In this document: piece by piece, positions 27,966-36,744 of the stretch | Layout of the letters: each line of letters starts with the position of its first letter | How positions within the stretch are numbered: the stretch's first letter is position 1 | DNA from: a virus | DNA length: 64,000 nt | Strand: one strand, 5' to 3' | IMG/VR virus record: IMGVR_UViG_3300004369_000011 | Coordinates: 8,081 to 72,080 of that record | Translations under genes and position numbers: made by a program | Notes under the pieces: generated by a model | Seen by the model: the letters and a program-made list of their open reading frames with translations, nothing else | Database searches by the model: none | Told to the model about the DNA's origin: nothing

Positions 27966-29207
27966 ATGCGGTTATCTGAAGCTGGGCTGTCCCTCATTAA
28001 AGAGTTTGAGGGGCTACAGCTTACTGCATATAAGTGTGCCGCTTCCGTGTGGACTATTGGCTACGGACACACTGGTCCCGACGTAGAGGAGGGCCAGCAG
28101 ATCACTGAACAACAGGCTGATCAACTGTTACTCCAAGACTGTGAGTCAAGCCAGCAGTGTGTTAGTTCATTTGTACATGTTCCTTTAAATCAGTATGAGT
28201 ATGACGCTTTAGTTTCTTTTGTATTTAATGTGGGCCCCACGGCCTTTATCAACTCAACACTTTGCAAATTACTACTTTCTGGAACGGAGCGTTCTATTGT
28301 CGCTTCTGAGTTTTCTAGATGGGTCAAAGCCGGAACTAAAATTCTTCCTGGCCTAGTACGTCGACGAACAGCAGAAAAAGAGTTATTTTTACGCAAAATC
28401 AAACACCCGAAATTGACTCACTCCCTTCTGGCTAAGCAAGATACCTGGCTTAAACGTAAGCCTGTCGATGCGGCAAAACTTGCGGCGGAAGAAAAACTTT
28501 TTGTACCCAAAGGCTCCGCGTGGGAGTGGGCCGAGATTCGGCGTTATCCCAGTGAAGCCCATCAACAGATTTTTTTAACGGCTCAACCGGATACCGAATG
28601 GTGGTTTTTTCCAGACCACTGGAAAGTTATAAATGATGCACCCCCCGCACCGGCTCCGTCCGCGCCTGCAATTTCTGCAGAGATTAAGTTAAAGGTTCCT
28701 TATTATTCGCAAAGGGATAATGCGCGAGATCCGATGCGCACTTGTTTTTCGTCCTCTTGTGCCATGCTTCTGGCAGCTTTGAAGCCGGGCAGCATCTCTG
28801 GGGATGATGCCTATATAAACACGGTGTATCGCCACGGAGATACAACGCAGGCTTGGGTGCAACTCAGGGCCCTAGCAGATTACGGAGTGAAAGCAGAGTT
28901 TCTTCAAAACGGTAACTGGACGTCTATCGAAACTCAATTAACCAATGGAATTCCTGTTCCTATTGGTATTCTTCATCATGGGCCAGTCAGTCGTCCTCAT
29001 GGATTTGGACATTGGATTGTTGTTATAGGCATTACAGCTGACAAGCAGCGTTTTATTGTGCACGATCCGTTTGGCGATTTAGATTTGGTTAATGGAGGAT
29101 ATCTTTCTACTAATGGAAATAGCAGACTGTATTCCAAGAAGAATCTCGCCGCCCGGTGGTTAGTCGAAGGTAAGGCCAGCGGCTGGTTTGTTCGGGCAGT
29201 TAAATAG
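27966..29207 (+). CDS. Endolysin: GH24 lysozyme plus C39-like peptidase domain
   Basis: LIKEFEG..L.AY.C...VWTIGYGHT...GL.RRR.AE. C-terminal L.VPYYSQRD....R.CFSSSCAM...GHW.V..G......VHDP.G. Confidence 0.9.
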   Translation: MRLSEAGLSLIKEFEGLQLTAYKCAASVWTIGYGHTGPDVEEGQQITEQQADQLLLQDCESSQQCVSSFVHVPLNQYEYDALVSFVFNVGPTAFINSTLCKLLLSGTERSIVASEFSRWVKAGTKILPGLVRRRTAEKELFLRKIKHPKLTHSLLAKQDTWLKRKPVDAAKLAAEEKLFVPKGSAWEWAEIRRYPSEAHQQIFLTAQPDTEWWFFPDHWKVINDAPPAPAPSAPAISAEIKLKVPYYSQRDNARDPMRTCFSSSCAMLLAALKPGSISGDDAYINTVYRHGDTTQAWVQLRALADYGVKAEFLQNGNWTSIETQLTNGIPVPIGILHHGPVSRPHGFGHWIVVIGITADKQRFIVHDPFGDLDLVNGGYLSTNGNSRLYSKKNLAARWLVEGKASGWFVRAVK

Positions 29208-29374
29208 TGGACTGGCTCAACGTTGCAAAATGCGCGGACAAAAGGGCATCTGCCATCACTTTCTCTTTTGATGGCGAAAGCAGCCCTCTAGGTGAGCTAG
29301 AAACCCGCGAGATGGCTAAAGCCCAGGCGTATAGACAAGTGTTCCTGCGTTATTTTTATGAAACTAAAGATTGA
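29207..29374 (+). CDS. Small hypothetical protein (55 aa)
   Basis: GTG start overlapping the endolysin stop codon. Confidence 0.4.
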   Translation: MDWLNVAKCADKRASAITFSFDGESSPLGELETREMAKAQAYRQVFLRYFYETKD

Positions 29375-29418
29375 CGAGGGCCTCTTTGAGCTAAAGTCAA
29401 ACTTCCCAAAACTTTTTT

Positions 29419-29640
29419 ATGGGCACGCACTACGAGAGTCTTTTGCAAAATTGGGATGCCTCTGAGGAGCAGAAGCGCTCTGATTTTTTAGAATATCTGT
29501 ATGAGTTTTATGAGGTCACAGATGGGTTGTATACGGGCCTTTGGTCTGCTTTTTGCGTGGATATTGGCTTTGTTACAAGAGATTTGATTTTAGAGGGCAA
29601 CCTTAAATGTACCCTCGCTGACGACGTTGAGGTAAAATAA
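29419..29640 (+). CDS. Cyanophage-type hypothetical protein
   Basis: W....EQ.R.DFLE.LY.......G.YTGLW. Confidence 0.6.
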   Translation: MGTHYESLLQNWDASEEQKRSDFLEYLYEFYEVTDGLYTGLWSAFCVDIGFVTRDLILEGNLKCTLADDVEVK

Positions 29641-29659
29641 ATTTAGCTGCCTTGGTTTT

Positions 29660-29893
29660 TTGGCGAGAGATTACGCTAAAGAATATAGAGAGCACGGGGG
29701 TACCGAAAAGCAAAAAAAACGGCGGGCGGCCCGTAATAAAGCTCGTCGGCATATGGAGCGAGCTGGCCGTGTGCATAAAGGGGATGGTAGGGAAGTAGAC
29801 CACAAGGATTACAATCCAGAAAATAACTCACCTGGAAATCTCCGCGTGGTCGACAAAACGACAAATCGCGAAAAGCAACCTAAACGGAGCTAA
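29660..29893 (+). CDS. Small HNH-like protein
   Basis: RDY.KEY...KKRRAARN.ARR......V.KGDG.EVDHKD.NP.NN...NLRV.....NR. Confidence 0.75.
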   Translation: MARDYAKEYREHGGTEKQKKRRAARNKARRHMERAGRVHKGDGREVDHKDYNPENNSPGNLRVVDKTTNREKQPKRS

Positions 29894-29902
29894 AGTAGAA
29901 GC

Positions 29903-30430
29903 ATGGAAAAGAGTAACCTCCTGCAGCGCCCTGGCGGCCTCGGCCCCATGAATGCCATGCAGCCTCTCGGCGGCACAGGGATTCAAAGCCCTGCTGCATA
30001 TGCCGTTACCCCGGAGATGATTGCTGTCCGTAGGGCGGCGGGGATAGACAATATCAATCGAGTGATGGCTCAATACTCTCGTGACAGGGGCGAGACTGTT
30101 CGGGCTGCTGTCGGCCCCACAAACTATCAAGAAGGGAATATCATGCCTTCTATGCAGGCTACGGGGCCTGCTGGATACCAGCATCGTGATCCTCTGGTGC
30201 TGCCTGATAGACCAGCGGATATGACTAAAGCGGATTATTTAGTCAAAGAACAAAACAGCATGAACCCTGATCTGCGAGCCAAAATGCAGATCTTAACTAC
30301 GTTACCCCAACAAAATTTTTACAACGTGCAAGACGTTTCGACGTCGCTGATGACTCAGGATTACAGAACCCCCGCAAGTCTGCCCATGCAAAGGCTTGCT
30401 GGCGAGAGGATGCGCAACCGTGGTAAATAA
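29903..30430 (+). CDS. Hypothetical late protein (C-terminal RLAGE)
   Basis: 175 aa, M/P/Q-rich. Confidence 0.65.
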   Translation: MEKSNLLQRPGGLGPMNAMQPLGGTGIQSPAAYAVTPEMIAVRRAAGIDNINRVMAQYSRDRGETVRAAVGPTNYQEGNIMPSMQATGPAGYQHRDPLVLPDRPADMTKADYLVKEQNSMNPDLRAKMQILTTLPQQNFYNVQDVSTSLMTQDYRTPASLPMQRLAGERMRNRGK

Positions 30431-30557
30431 CGATTTCCCGATTCGTTTAGCAGGTATGCGCCTAGGGCTCACGCCTCCGGACGTCACCAAGTTTGCTACA
30501 AACCCCCGCGAGGTGACAGCTCGCCTTCGGTATCAACAAACTTTCCCAAAAAGCTAG
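30420..30557 (+). CDS. Small hypothetical protein (45 aa, RLAG motif)
   Basis: MVNNDFPIRLAGMRLGLTPPDVTKFATNPREVTARLRYQQTFPKS*. GTG start overlaps the upstream gene and the ORF fills the gap before thyX. Confidence 0.5.
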   Translation: MVNNDFPIRLAGMRLGLTPPDVTKFATNPREVTARLRYQQTFPKS

Positions 30558-30586
30558 TAATCTAAGGCGTTCAAGTTCTTGGATTC

Positions 30587-31282
30587 ATGCTGCATTCCGC
30601 GACTCTTGACTGGATTACTCCCAATGCGGAGCAGGTAATCGCTCGTCATGCACGGGTTTCAACCAAGGATCCTGATCGCTCTGAGTACACTCAACTTTTA
30701 AGCTACTGCATAAAGCACGGCCATTGGAGTGTCTTCGAGCAAGCTGCAGCTAGTTTTGAGATTACTACGACGCGAGCAATATCCCCGCAGATTTTACGGC
30801 ACAGGTCTTGTGCCTTTCAAGAGTTAAGTCAACGATATACAAATCCAAGTGAGACCCTGACCCTGGGTGGACGCCCTCCTCACGAGTTTAGTCTTCGCTG
30901 GCAAGCGGACAAAAATCGTCAGAGTAGTGCGGAGGAAGTGGACGCCGCTACGCAGGCTTTATTCCGCTCCCGCATTCTGCTTTTGCACCAAGATGTTCAA
31001 ACTCTTTACACCGACATGTTAGATGCGGGGATCGCTCGCGAATGTGCTCGAAATATCTTGCCTGAGTACACCCCTACTCGCCTGCATATGCAAGGAACGC
31101 TGCGAAGTTTTTTAACGTACGTCGGTTTGCGCGGGCAAGAGGAGACTCAGCTAGAGCATCGTTTAATTGCGCAGTCAATCGGCAAACTCTTAGCCGAGCA
31201 ACTCCCCGTGGTCATCAAAGCAATTCAAGCAGCAGACGACGCTGGGTTAGGAGGCTGGGCGTTTTTAAATAAACCCTGTTAG
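30587..31282 (+). CDS. thyX: Flavin-dependent thymidylate synthase
   Basis: H.SVFEQ and the RHRxxxxxxxSxRY signature (RHRSCAFQELSQRY). ECAR.ILP. Confidence 0.95.
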   Translation: MLHSATLDWITPNAEQVIARHARVSTKDPDRSEYTQLLSYCIKHGHWSVFEQAAASFEITTTRAISPQILRHRSCAFQELSQRYTNPSETLTLGGRPPHEFSLRWQADKNRQSSAEEVDAATQALFRSRILLLHQDVQTLYTDMLDAGIARECARNILPEYTPTRLHMQGTLRSFLTYVGLRGQEETQLEHRLIAQSIGKLLAEQLPVVIKAIQAADDAGLGGWAFLNKPC

Positions 31283-31284
31283 GA

Positions 31285-31322
31285 TAAAAAGTCGGCGGCG
31301 GGCCTAATTAAGCCCGCTTGCT
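31285..31322. terminator. Hairpin between convergent thyX and the replication operon
   Basis: GCGGGC-ctaattaa-GCCCGC stem with an upstream A-run, which gives a U-tract on the - strand. Confidence 0.55.
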
Positions 31323-31324
31323 AC

Positions 31325-31897
31325 TCAAATTCCCGGCTGAGGCCTCCAAGGATCCTGTTCCTGTGTTCGGGATTTTGCGGCAAGAGCAGAAGCTGCTTGC
31401 TGAGCTTGCATAAACTGCATCGCACGTTTGTACTGCTCTACTTCGGCTTCCAACTTCTGGGTTTGAGCTTGAGCCCAGTCCGAAGCATTTTTTGTTAGGC
31501 CATCCAAAACATTGTCAGGATGGGGAAAGTTAAAAAACACTCCAATTCCCTGGTCAGTTGGAACCTTTTGTCCGTTGCTGTTTTCAGCTAACGTTGAAAG
31601 AAAGTTATGGGATTTTTCCAAAGATATATTTGAAAAGAAAGCTAGTTGTACAGGATCAATTAAGCCTTGATTTTTTTCATACAGAGTCGCAAAGCAACTA
31701 GTCACACGGGTTGCTTGCTCACGTTTGATTTCGTCGTCGCTTCGTCGTCTTTCAACGACAGAGGCACCTCCGAGAATGCCACCTGAGAATGCCAAGGCAG
31801 CCCCGACGTATTGAGGGGCCGTAAATGCCGTGGCAATCCCAGCGATTCCGCCAAGGATCAGAGCTACGGGAATCGTCTTAATTTTTTGCAGGATCAT
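31325..31897 (-). CDS. Hypothetical membrane protein
   Basis: Two N-terminal hydrophobic segments. Start probably MILQKI. Confidence 0.6.
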   Translation of the reverse strand: MILQKIKTIPVALILGGIAGIATAFTAPQYVGAALAFSGGILGGASVVERRRSDDEIKREQATRVTSCFATLYEKNQGLIDPVQLAFFSNISLEKSHNFLSTLAENSNGQKVPTDQGIGVFFNFPHPDNVLDGLTKNASDWAQAQTQKLEAEVEQYKRAMQFMQAQQAASALAAKSRTQEQDPWRPQPGI

Positions 31898-34733
31898 GTT
31901 TCTGAAATGCAGTTTCCCAAAGAAGGGGGTCAGGGTTTTGTGCGAATTCAACTGGGCTTGGAAGCCGATCAGGACCATAGGAAGCCCGATCGGATGTTAG
32001 ATCATAGGCCTTTAGTCGTAAACCAATGACAGCCGGTAATCCGTTCTTAAACGTCAGGCCACAGCTAGAGAGCTTAAGGATGTTAACCAAAGCTTCCCGC
32101 GTTCTTTCTACAAACCGAGGTTTAGCCGCAGCTTTGTAGCCACAGGCCTTACAGAAGTTAACGTAGCTTGCGTACAGCTCTGAGTAAGAGTCTTTGACAT
32201 ACAGCCCTCGCTCTGCCTCGTCTGTTGAAGGCTTAGAAGCACCCCTACCAATGACCGTGGCCGAATTAGGGGAGTACAGGCAGCACTCTCCTAACCAAGA
32301 TACAAACTGATTGTTGAACATCAATGCCTCGATGTTCGTCTTCGCAATGGAAGGGACGTGCTTAACCGGGTTAGCCAAGATGTCACGCATTTTATCGTGG
32401 CTTAGGCTAAGAGCCCATGTCACAATGCCACTCATTTCCGGGACAAAGGAACCAGCTAAGCGGTCCTCGTGGACGCTGAGGAGTTCTCGCCGCTCGCTTG
32501 GGGGCACTACCTTGTCCATCACAATAGTGAGTCGCCGACGCTCCAAACCGCTACTGGAGTCGTTTGAGGAGATGTGCTCATTACTTGCAATGCAAACTAA
32601 GCACTCTGGTTTAAAGCTGATAATTTCTTTACCGTATTTACGTTCCGCACGTAGAGTGTCTGATGCTGATGTAAGTTTTTTAAGTACGTCCATTCGTTTG
32701 TTGTAGTTTGATTCGTCTGTCAGTAGCAACAAACGCTTTCCAATAAGGTTATAAGTCTCGAATTTATTTGTTTCGATGATTTCCAAACTCGATGTGTGGG
32801 AACCGCTAAAACCAGCTAAGGCAATCATCAACTGCTGCATTGTTGATTTACCCGTTCCTCCTGGGCCTACAAGGTGTAGGAACCTTTCACCCGCCGTATA
32901 GCCGGTCAGCAGCGCTCGACAAAAAGATTGAATCAACAGAGCCTGACCCGTATCTAGGGCTTGAGTTACCCATTTAAGAAACTCAGGGCATTTCGCTTCG
33001 GGGTCGTAATCGTAAGCAAGTTTGCTACGAAGATACAAATCTTTTTGCTGCCCCGCTTGAAAGTGAAAAGTTTCGCTATCTAATACACCGTTTTGAAAAG
33101 GAATGTACTTACGTCCCTTAGACCATATGCTGCGACGTCCACCATCGACGGATCTCAACAACTTGGCTTTAAGAATTTGAAAGACACTGCTTACCGTGGC
33201 AGAGTTGTATTTGGACATAACTCCAGCGGTAACAAAGCTGTCTAGCGCACGAATAATGCGCCGCTTGATATGTTGCTCATCTTGCGCATACCAGACACCC
33301 AAATCATTGTCATAAGTATAAAATTGGTCTAGGTTGCTGTCGTAAATAAAATCATCACCCTGATTTGTGACAATGATGTCAGCTACATCGTTCTCAGAAA
33401 ACTGACGATTATTAGTGCCGTTTGCGGTTTGTAGGTTAATAAGCTGTGTAGGGCTTTGCGGCGTATTCATAGTGCTTTGAGGTGACGGTGTAGATGAAGA
33501 TGTAGATGTAGATGTAGATGTAGATGTTGTTGGGGACTGCACGACAGGACCTAAATTAAAGTCCTCAGCAGTCAGAATTGAATTAGAAGGAACTGCCCTG
33601 GTCTGTTTAAGAACTTCCCTGATTGCCTCGGGGACTTTCTGTTCGTATAAGCCGCGATCTTGAGATCGGACTTTTTTCCAAGCAGCAGCGGCGCCTAAGT
33701 CGGAGGCTAGGGACACGGCGGGCAAGAGGTCCGCTGCCCCGTGAATTGAGTTTAAAATCCGATTGAATTTGCCATCTATATCGTGAGGGTAGTCGTAGAT
33801 AGCATAGAACGCATCCTGTGCCACCGTCAAGGGGGACACGCATACAGTTACATTGTTTACCCCCAGCCAATTCGCCCAACCTATAAGCTCTTTAAAGACG
33901 GCAGCCATTGTGGAGGAACGGTCCTCCACTGGCTCCCCATTCAAAACTGAGCGGACGGTTTGCGAAACCAAACTTTTTAGTTCCAGTCCCTCCGCACTGA
34001 CTGGAGTGTTCTGCAGAATGTCCTCTGGATCCCCACCCGTGCCTTGGTTGTCCGATGGGAGTGAAGAATATGCACTGTAAGCTTCGTCTATCTTCTGTGA
34101 CGGAATAAATTTATCTGTCTGTAAGAGAATTGCCTCTGGTGTGCGAGCCCCGTAAAAGAGGTTGGGGCATTGCGTGGCCCTAATATCAAATCCCGGAATT
34201 TGTTTACAGATTTCCCGTGTGAACCATTGGTAAAAACCCGCGTCAATAATCGGTTTTTCTAAACCAAAAACTAAACGAAATCGAGGCCAACCTTCTGCAG
34301 TTGAAGGGGAGTCGTAGGCGAAAGTAAGGTATTTCTTACACAGGTCTAGTTCGAGAGCTTGTTCAAAAGTTAGTTCCTGTTTTTGAATTTTATCTCCCGC
34401 CGCATCTTTACCGTCAGCTTGGTTGTCGATGTCGACAATAATCATGCCGGCTTGAATTAAACCCGTGTTGTTTCTTTGACGCTTTCCTTCAATTAAATGC
34501 CACGCGCACAATCCGGTGCTGCGACCTATCTCTTGGGCTAAGTCACTAATAGATATACATACTGGTTTCCAGTTCTCATTAAACGCGGTGAAGTTACCCC
34601 CCGTGGGTATCTTGCCCGTGTTCTTGTCTAAATGAGAGGCAACCTTCTTGTTTATAGAGCAAATGTAATTCATAGACTGTCGCAGAGTGTCCTCCAGTAT
34701 GCCCCGGATCGTCCAGGACGCCAAGGGGAGCAA
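31878..34733 (-). CDS. Primase-helicase: AEP/PrimPol-like N-terminus plus D5/P4-type SF3 helicase
   Basis: IVDID and Y.SPS.....PRFRLVF in the N-terminus. IPFQNGVLD (D5_N), Walker A GPGGTGKS, LLTDE and CIASN. Confidence 0.9.
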   Translation of the reverse strand: MLPLASWTIRGILEDTLRQSMNYICSINKKVASHLDKNTGKIPTGGNFTAFNENWKPVCISISDLAQEIGRSTGLCAWHLIEGKRQRNNTGLIQAGMIIVDIDNQADGKDAAGDKIQKQELTFEQALELDLCKKYLTFAYDSPSTAEGWPRFRLVFGLEKPIIDAGFYQWFTREICKQIPGFDIRATQCPNLFYGARTPEAILLQTDKFIPSQKIDEAYSAYSSLPSDNQGTGGDPEDILQNTPVSAEGLELKSLVSQTVRSVLNGEPVEDRSSTMAAVFKELIGWANWLGVNNVTVCVSPLTVAQDAFYAIYDYPHDIDGKFNRILNSIHGAADLLPAVSLASDLGAAAAWKKVRSQDRGLYEQKVPEAIREVLKQTRAVPSNSILTAEDFNLGPVVQSPTTSTSTSTSTSSSTPSPQSTMNTPQSPTQLINLQTANGTNNRQFSENDVADIIVTNQGDDFIYDSNLDQFYTYDNDLGVWYAQDEQHIKRRIIRALDSFVTAGVMSKYNSATVSSVFQILKAKLLRSVDGGRRSIWSKGRKYIPFQNGVLDSETFHFQAGQQKDLYLRSKLAYDYDPEAKCPEFLKWVTQALDTGQALLIQSFCRALLTGYTAGERFLHLVGPGGTGKSTMQQLMIALAGFSGSHTSSLEIIETNKFETYNLIGKRLLLLTDESNYNKRMDVLKKLTSASDTLRAERKYGKEIISFKPECLVCIASNEHISSNDSSSGLERRRLTIVMDKVVPPSERRELLSVHEDRLAGSFVPEMSGIVTWALSLSHDKMRDILANPVKHVPSIAKTNIEALMFNNQFVSWLGECCLYSPNSATVIGRGASKPSTDEAERGLYVKDSYSELYASYVNFCKACGYKAAAKPRFVERTREALVNILKLSSCGLTFKNGLPAVIGLRLKAYDLTSDRASYGPDRLPSPVEFAQNPDPLLWETAFQKHDPAKN
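33489..33527. repeat. (GATGTA)n microsatellite encoding a Thr-Ser linker
   Basis: tgtagatgaagatgtagatgtagatgtagatgtagatgt encodes TSTSTSTSTSSST. Confidence 0.85.
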
Positions 34734-34778
34734 GTATTAAATTCCAGCTTATCCCCTCTTTAGCCGGGCAACCCCATT

Positions 34779-35570
34779 CTAGTTTCCACTCGGTGCTGCG
34801 CTTTGTTGGGCGTAGTACTGTTTGACAACCTCAAACCAAGCGGCTTGATCCTTTTCGACTTCCGTTTCCCCGAACGTAAAAATTTGGGTGTTAAATTCTT
34901 TTATTGCGGTTGTGACGATAATTTGCGTCTTTGTGATTTTAAGACCTAGGCACGCCTCAGCCGCTGCTTTGTAGGCGGCAAGTTGCAGTTTTGTTTTTTT
35001 AGTTTTAAAGACCCCTGAGATCAAAGCCTTTCGCGTTCGTTCGTCTATAGGTTGATCTTTTTTAGGAAACCTAGCGGCGTAAGGACCATTACTTGTTTTA
35101 AAGTCCGCCAGGATAATTTCCGCGTTTTGATTCATGTATATAAGATCGCAACAACCTGCGTACCCATGCCCCGTGGTTGCGTCGTAGTAATGTATGCGGC
35201 CCACGCCGTCGTCACCTACGTACTTCGACCAGCGCGGCTGGTTAAAAGGTTTTTCTGACCATAGAACTCGGCCTCCCTCAAGAAGTTCGTCTAAGAGTTC
35301 CGGAACACCTTGCCAGAAAGGATCATATCGCTCGGGGGGAACGACACGCAGACCGCGCAGGTAATTTTCCACACTGTTGTGAATCCATGTCCCCCTCGTG
35401 GCTGCTTCGTCAGCTACACCAGGATTTAATTGATTCCACTTCGAAAGCTTTATCTGCGTTTCTTGTGATTGAGTGGCAGTTAGAATCGAGGTTACAGAGG
35501 GAAGTGGTTTAGGTACCCCATCACATATGTAGTGCCGTAGGCCATTAACTGTTACGCGTGTGTCGGACAC
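34779..35570 (-). CDS. PD-(D/E)xK exonuclease (MGME1/Cas4-like)
   Basis: LPSVTSIL...RGT.IH...E...YAG..D......LADFKTS...QLAAY. Confidence 0.85.
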   Translation of the reverse strand: MSDTRVTVNGLRHYICDGVPKPLPSVTSILTATQSQETQIKLSKWNQLNPGVADEAATRGTWIHNSVENYLRGLRVVPPERYDPFWQGVPELLDELLEGGRVLWSEKPFNQPRWSKYVGDDGVGRIHYYDATTGHGYAGCCDLIYMNQNAEIILADFKTSNGPYAARFPKKDQPIDERTRKALISGVFKTKKTKLQLAAYKAAAEACLGLKITKTQIIVTTAIKEFNTQIFTFGETEVEKDQAAWFEVVKQYYAQQSAAPSGN

Positions 35571-35595
35571 TGATTTGTGTCAATTTGAGCTTATT

Positions 35596-35928
35596 CTAAA
35601 ACGAATTTACCAGTGCGTTTGGACCTGATGAAGTATCATCATCGTCATCCTCCTCATGTGGGTCATCGTCAATAAAGAATTCTTGCTGCTGATACTGATA
35701 ATTTCGATTTCGCTGTTCCAACTCATTTAATAGGTACAGTCCAGCCGAAAAAGATTCTCCTACAATTTCCGCGCAAGTTTCAGCATCCCGCGCATTCCCG
35801 TGGTGGTCAATGCACTCAGTTAAAAGTTGTTGGCTAATCAACAAAGCAGATAGTTTGTCAAGCTTCGCGTTCTGCAACGCTTGCTGCTCAATTAAAAGGT
35901 CCAGTAGGGACTCTAACCGCCGTTTCAT
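35596..35928 (-). CDS. Hypothetical protein with acidic C-terminus
   Basis: Start probably MKRRLE, overlapping the upstream stop. Confidence 0.6.
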   Translation of the reverse strand: MKRRLESLLDLLIEQQALQNAKLDKLSALLISQQLLTECIDHHGNARDAETCAEIVGESFSAGLYLLNELEQRNRNYQYQQQEFFIDDDPHEEDDDDDTSSGPNALVNSF

Positions 35929-36458
35929 GGGCAGATACTTTTCGGACGTTGCCACCCTACTTCAAAATCAATTTCTGTCTTGATGTTTGCGTCGCCACCT
36001 TTTTGGAAAACAAACCACGCAGACGTCACAGAGTCCTTTAATTGCTTCCCATCCGCACGAAATGAGGGACGAGGACTCAAAATAATTAGGTTTGTTAAAG
36101 CACTCGTTTTTAAGAACGATTCGCGTTTCCGCGTGGGCTCTAGGAATGTAAGGCGATCTAAAATGCAAACTCCCTTGCGGGCGACTGTAAGCCCATAGTC
36201 TGTAATCCAATTTGTATTTTCTTTTAATCCCTGCGTGATAGCCACCACCCAATCTACGTCGCTCATATACTGCAGCCACCATTCGGGGTCTTGTACGGCG
36301 GCTTCTATGGAGTTGTCGCGAATATCAGATAGCCCACAACGCTTTAATTCTTCTGCCAGTCCGCCCGTAAAATCCGTTGGAAGAAGGACCGAGCCCGTAC
36401 ATAATTGCCGCTGGGCAATAGGATTAAATATAAAGTTAGGGACTTGGTAGAAGGACAT
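35925..36458 (-). CDS. Degenerate DNA-methyltransferase-like protein
   Basis: Retains RLTFLEPT..R..FL...PRPSF..DGK..DSVTSAWFVF, but motif I is LPTDFTG and the NPPF position reads AITQ. Confidence 0.6.
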   Translation of the reverse strand: MSFYQVPNFIFNPIAQRQLCTGSVLLPTDFTGGLAEELKRCGLSDIRDNSIEAAVQDPEWWLQYMSDVDWVVAITQGLKENTNWITDYGLTVARKGVCILDRLTFLEPTRKRESFLKTSALTNLIILSPRPSFRADGKQLKDSVTSAWFVFQKGGDANIKTEIDFEVGWQRPKSICP

Positions 36459-36699
36459 GGACGGCGTTAAGAGTTTGGAGCGCTTACGGAGCTGGATGAG
36501 TCTAGAGCAAGAGTTTCTTCATAAACAATTCCTAGCTCAAGCTAACAAGCTTGATCGAAAAGAACTCATAGAGATTTTAGAGATTGTTCATGCAAACTAT
36601 CTTGTACGAGGTAGTTTATTTTTACGTCTTTCCAAATGGTGTCAACGCCAGGGTTACCCGTTGCCGGATGCGGATGAAATTACAAATCCAAACAAATAA
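36457..36699 (+). CDS. nblA: NblA-like protein (copy 2)
   Basis: MSLEQEF....F..Q...LDR.ELIE.L......YLVR..LF..L.K matches the NblA helix-loop-helix. Confidence 0.65.
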   Translation: MDGVKSLERLRSWMSLEQEFLHKQFLAQANKLDRKELIEILEIVHANYLVRGSLFLRLSKWCQRQGYPLPDADEITNPNK

Positions 36700-36719
36700 A
36701 AAAGGCGCCGTAGCGCCTT
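36698..36719 (-). terminator. Rho-independent terminator (UACG loop)
   Basis: AAGGCGC-CGTA-GCGCCTT preceded by an A-run, between convergent genes. Confidence 0.75.
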
Positions 36720-36744
36720 CGTGTCCTCTGCTTGTAAGTATAGG

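Noticed and set aside
32440-32470. RLAGS in the helicase as a member of the shared motif set
   Set aside because: It is internal to an enzyme domain and consistent with the one or two chance matches expected.
34779-35570. Cas4 as evidence of a CRISPR system
   Set aside because: It is a stand-alone PD-(D/E)xK nuclease in a replication operon, with no Fe-S Cys cluster pattern and no array.
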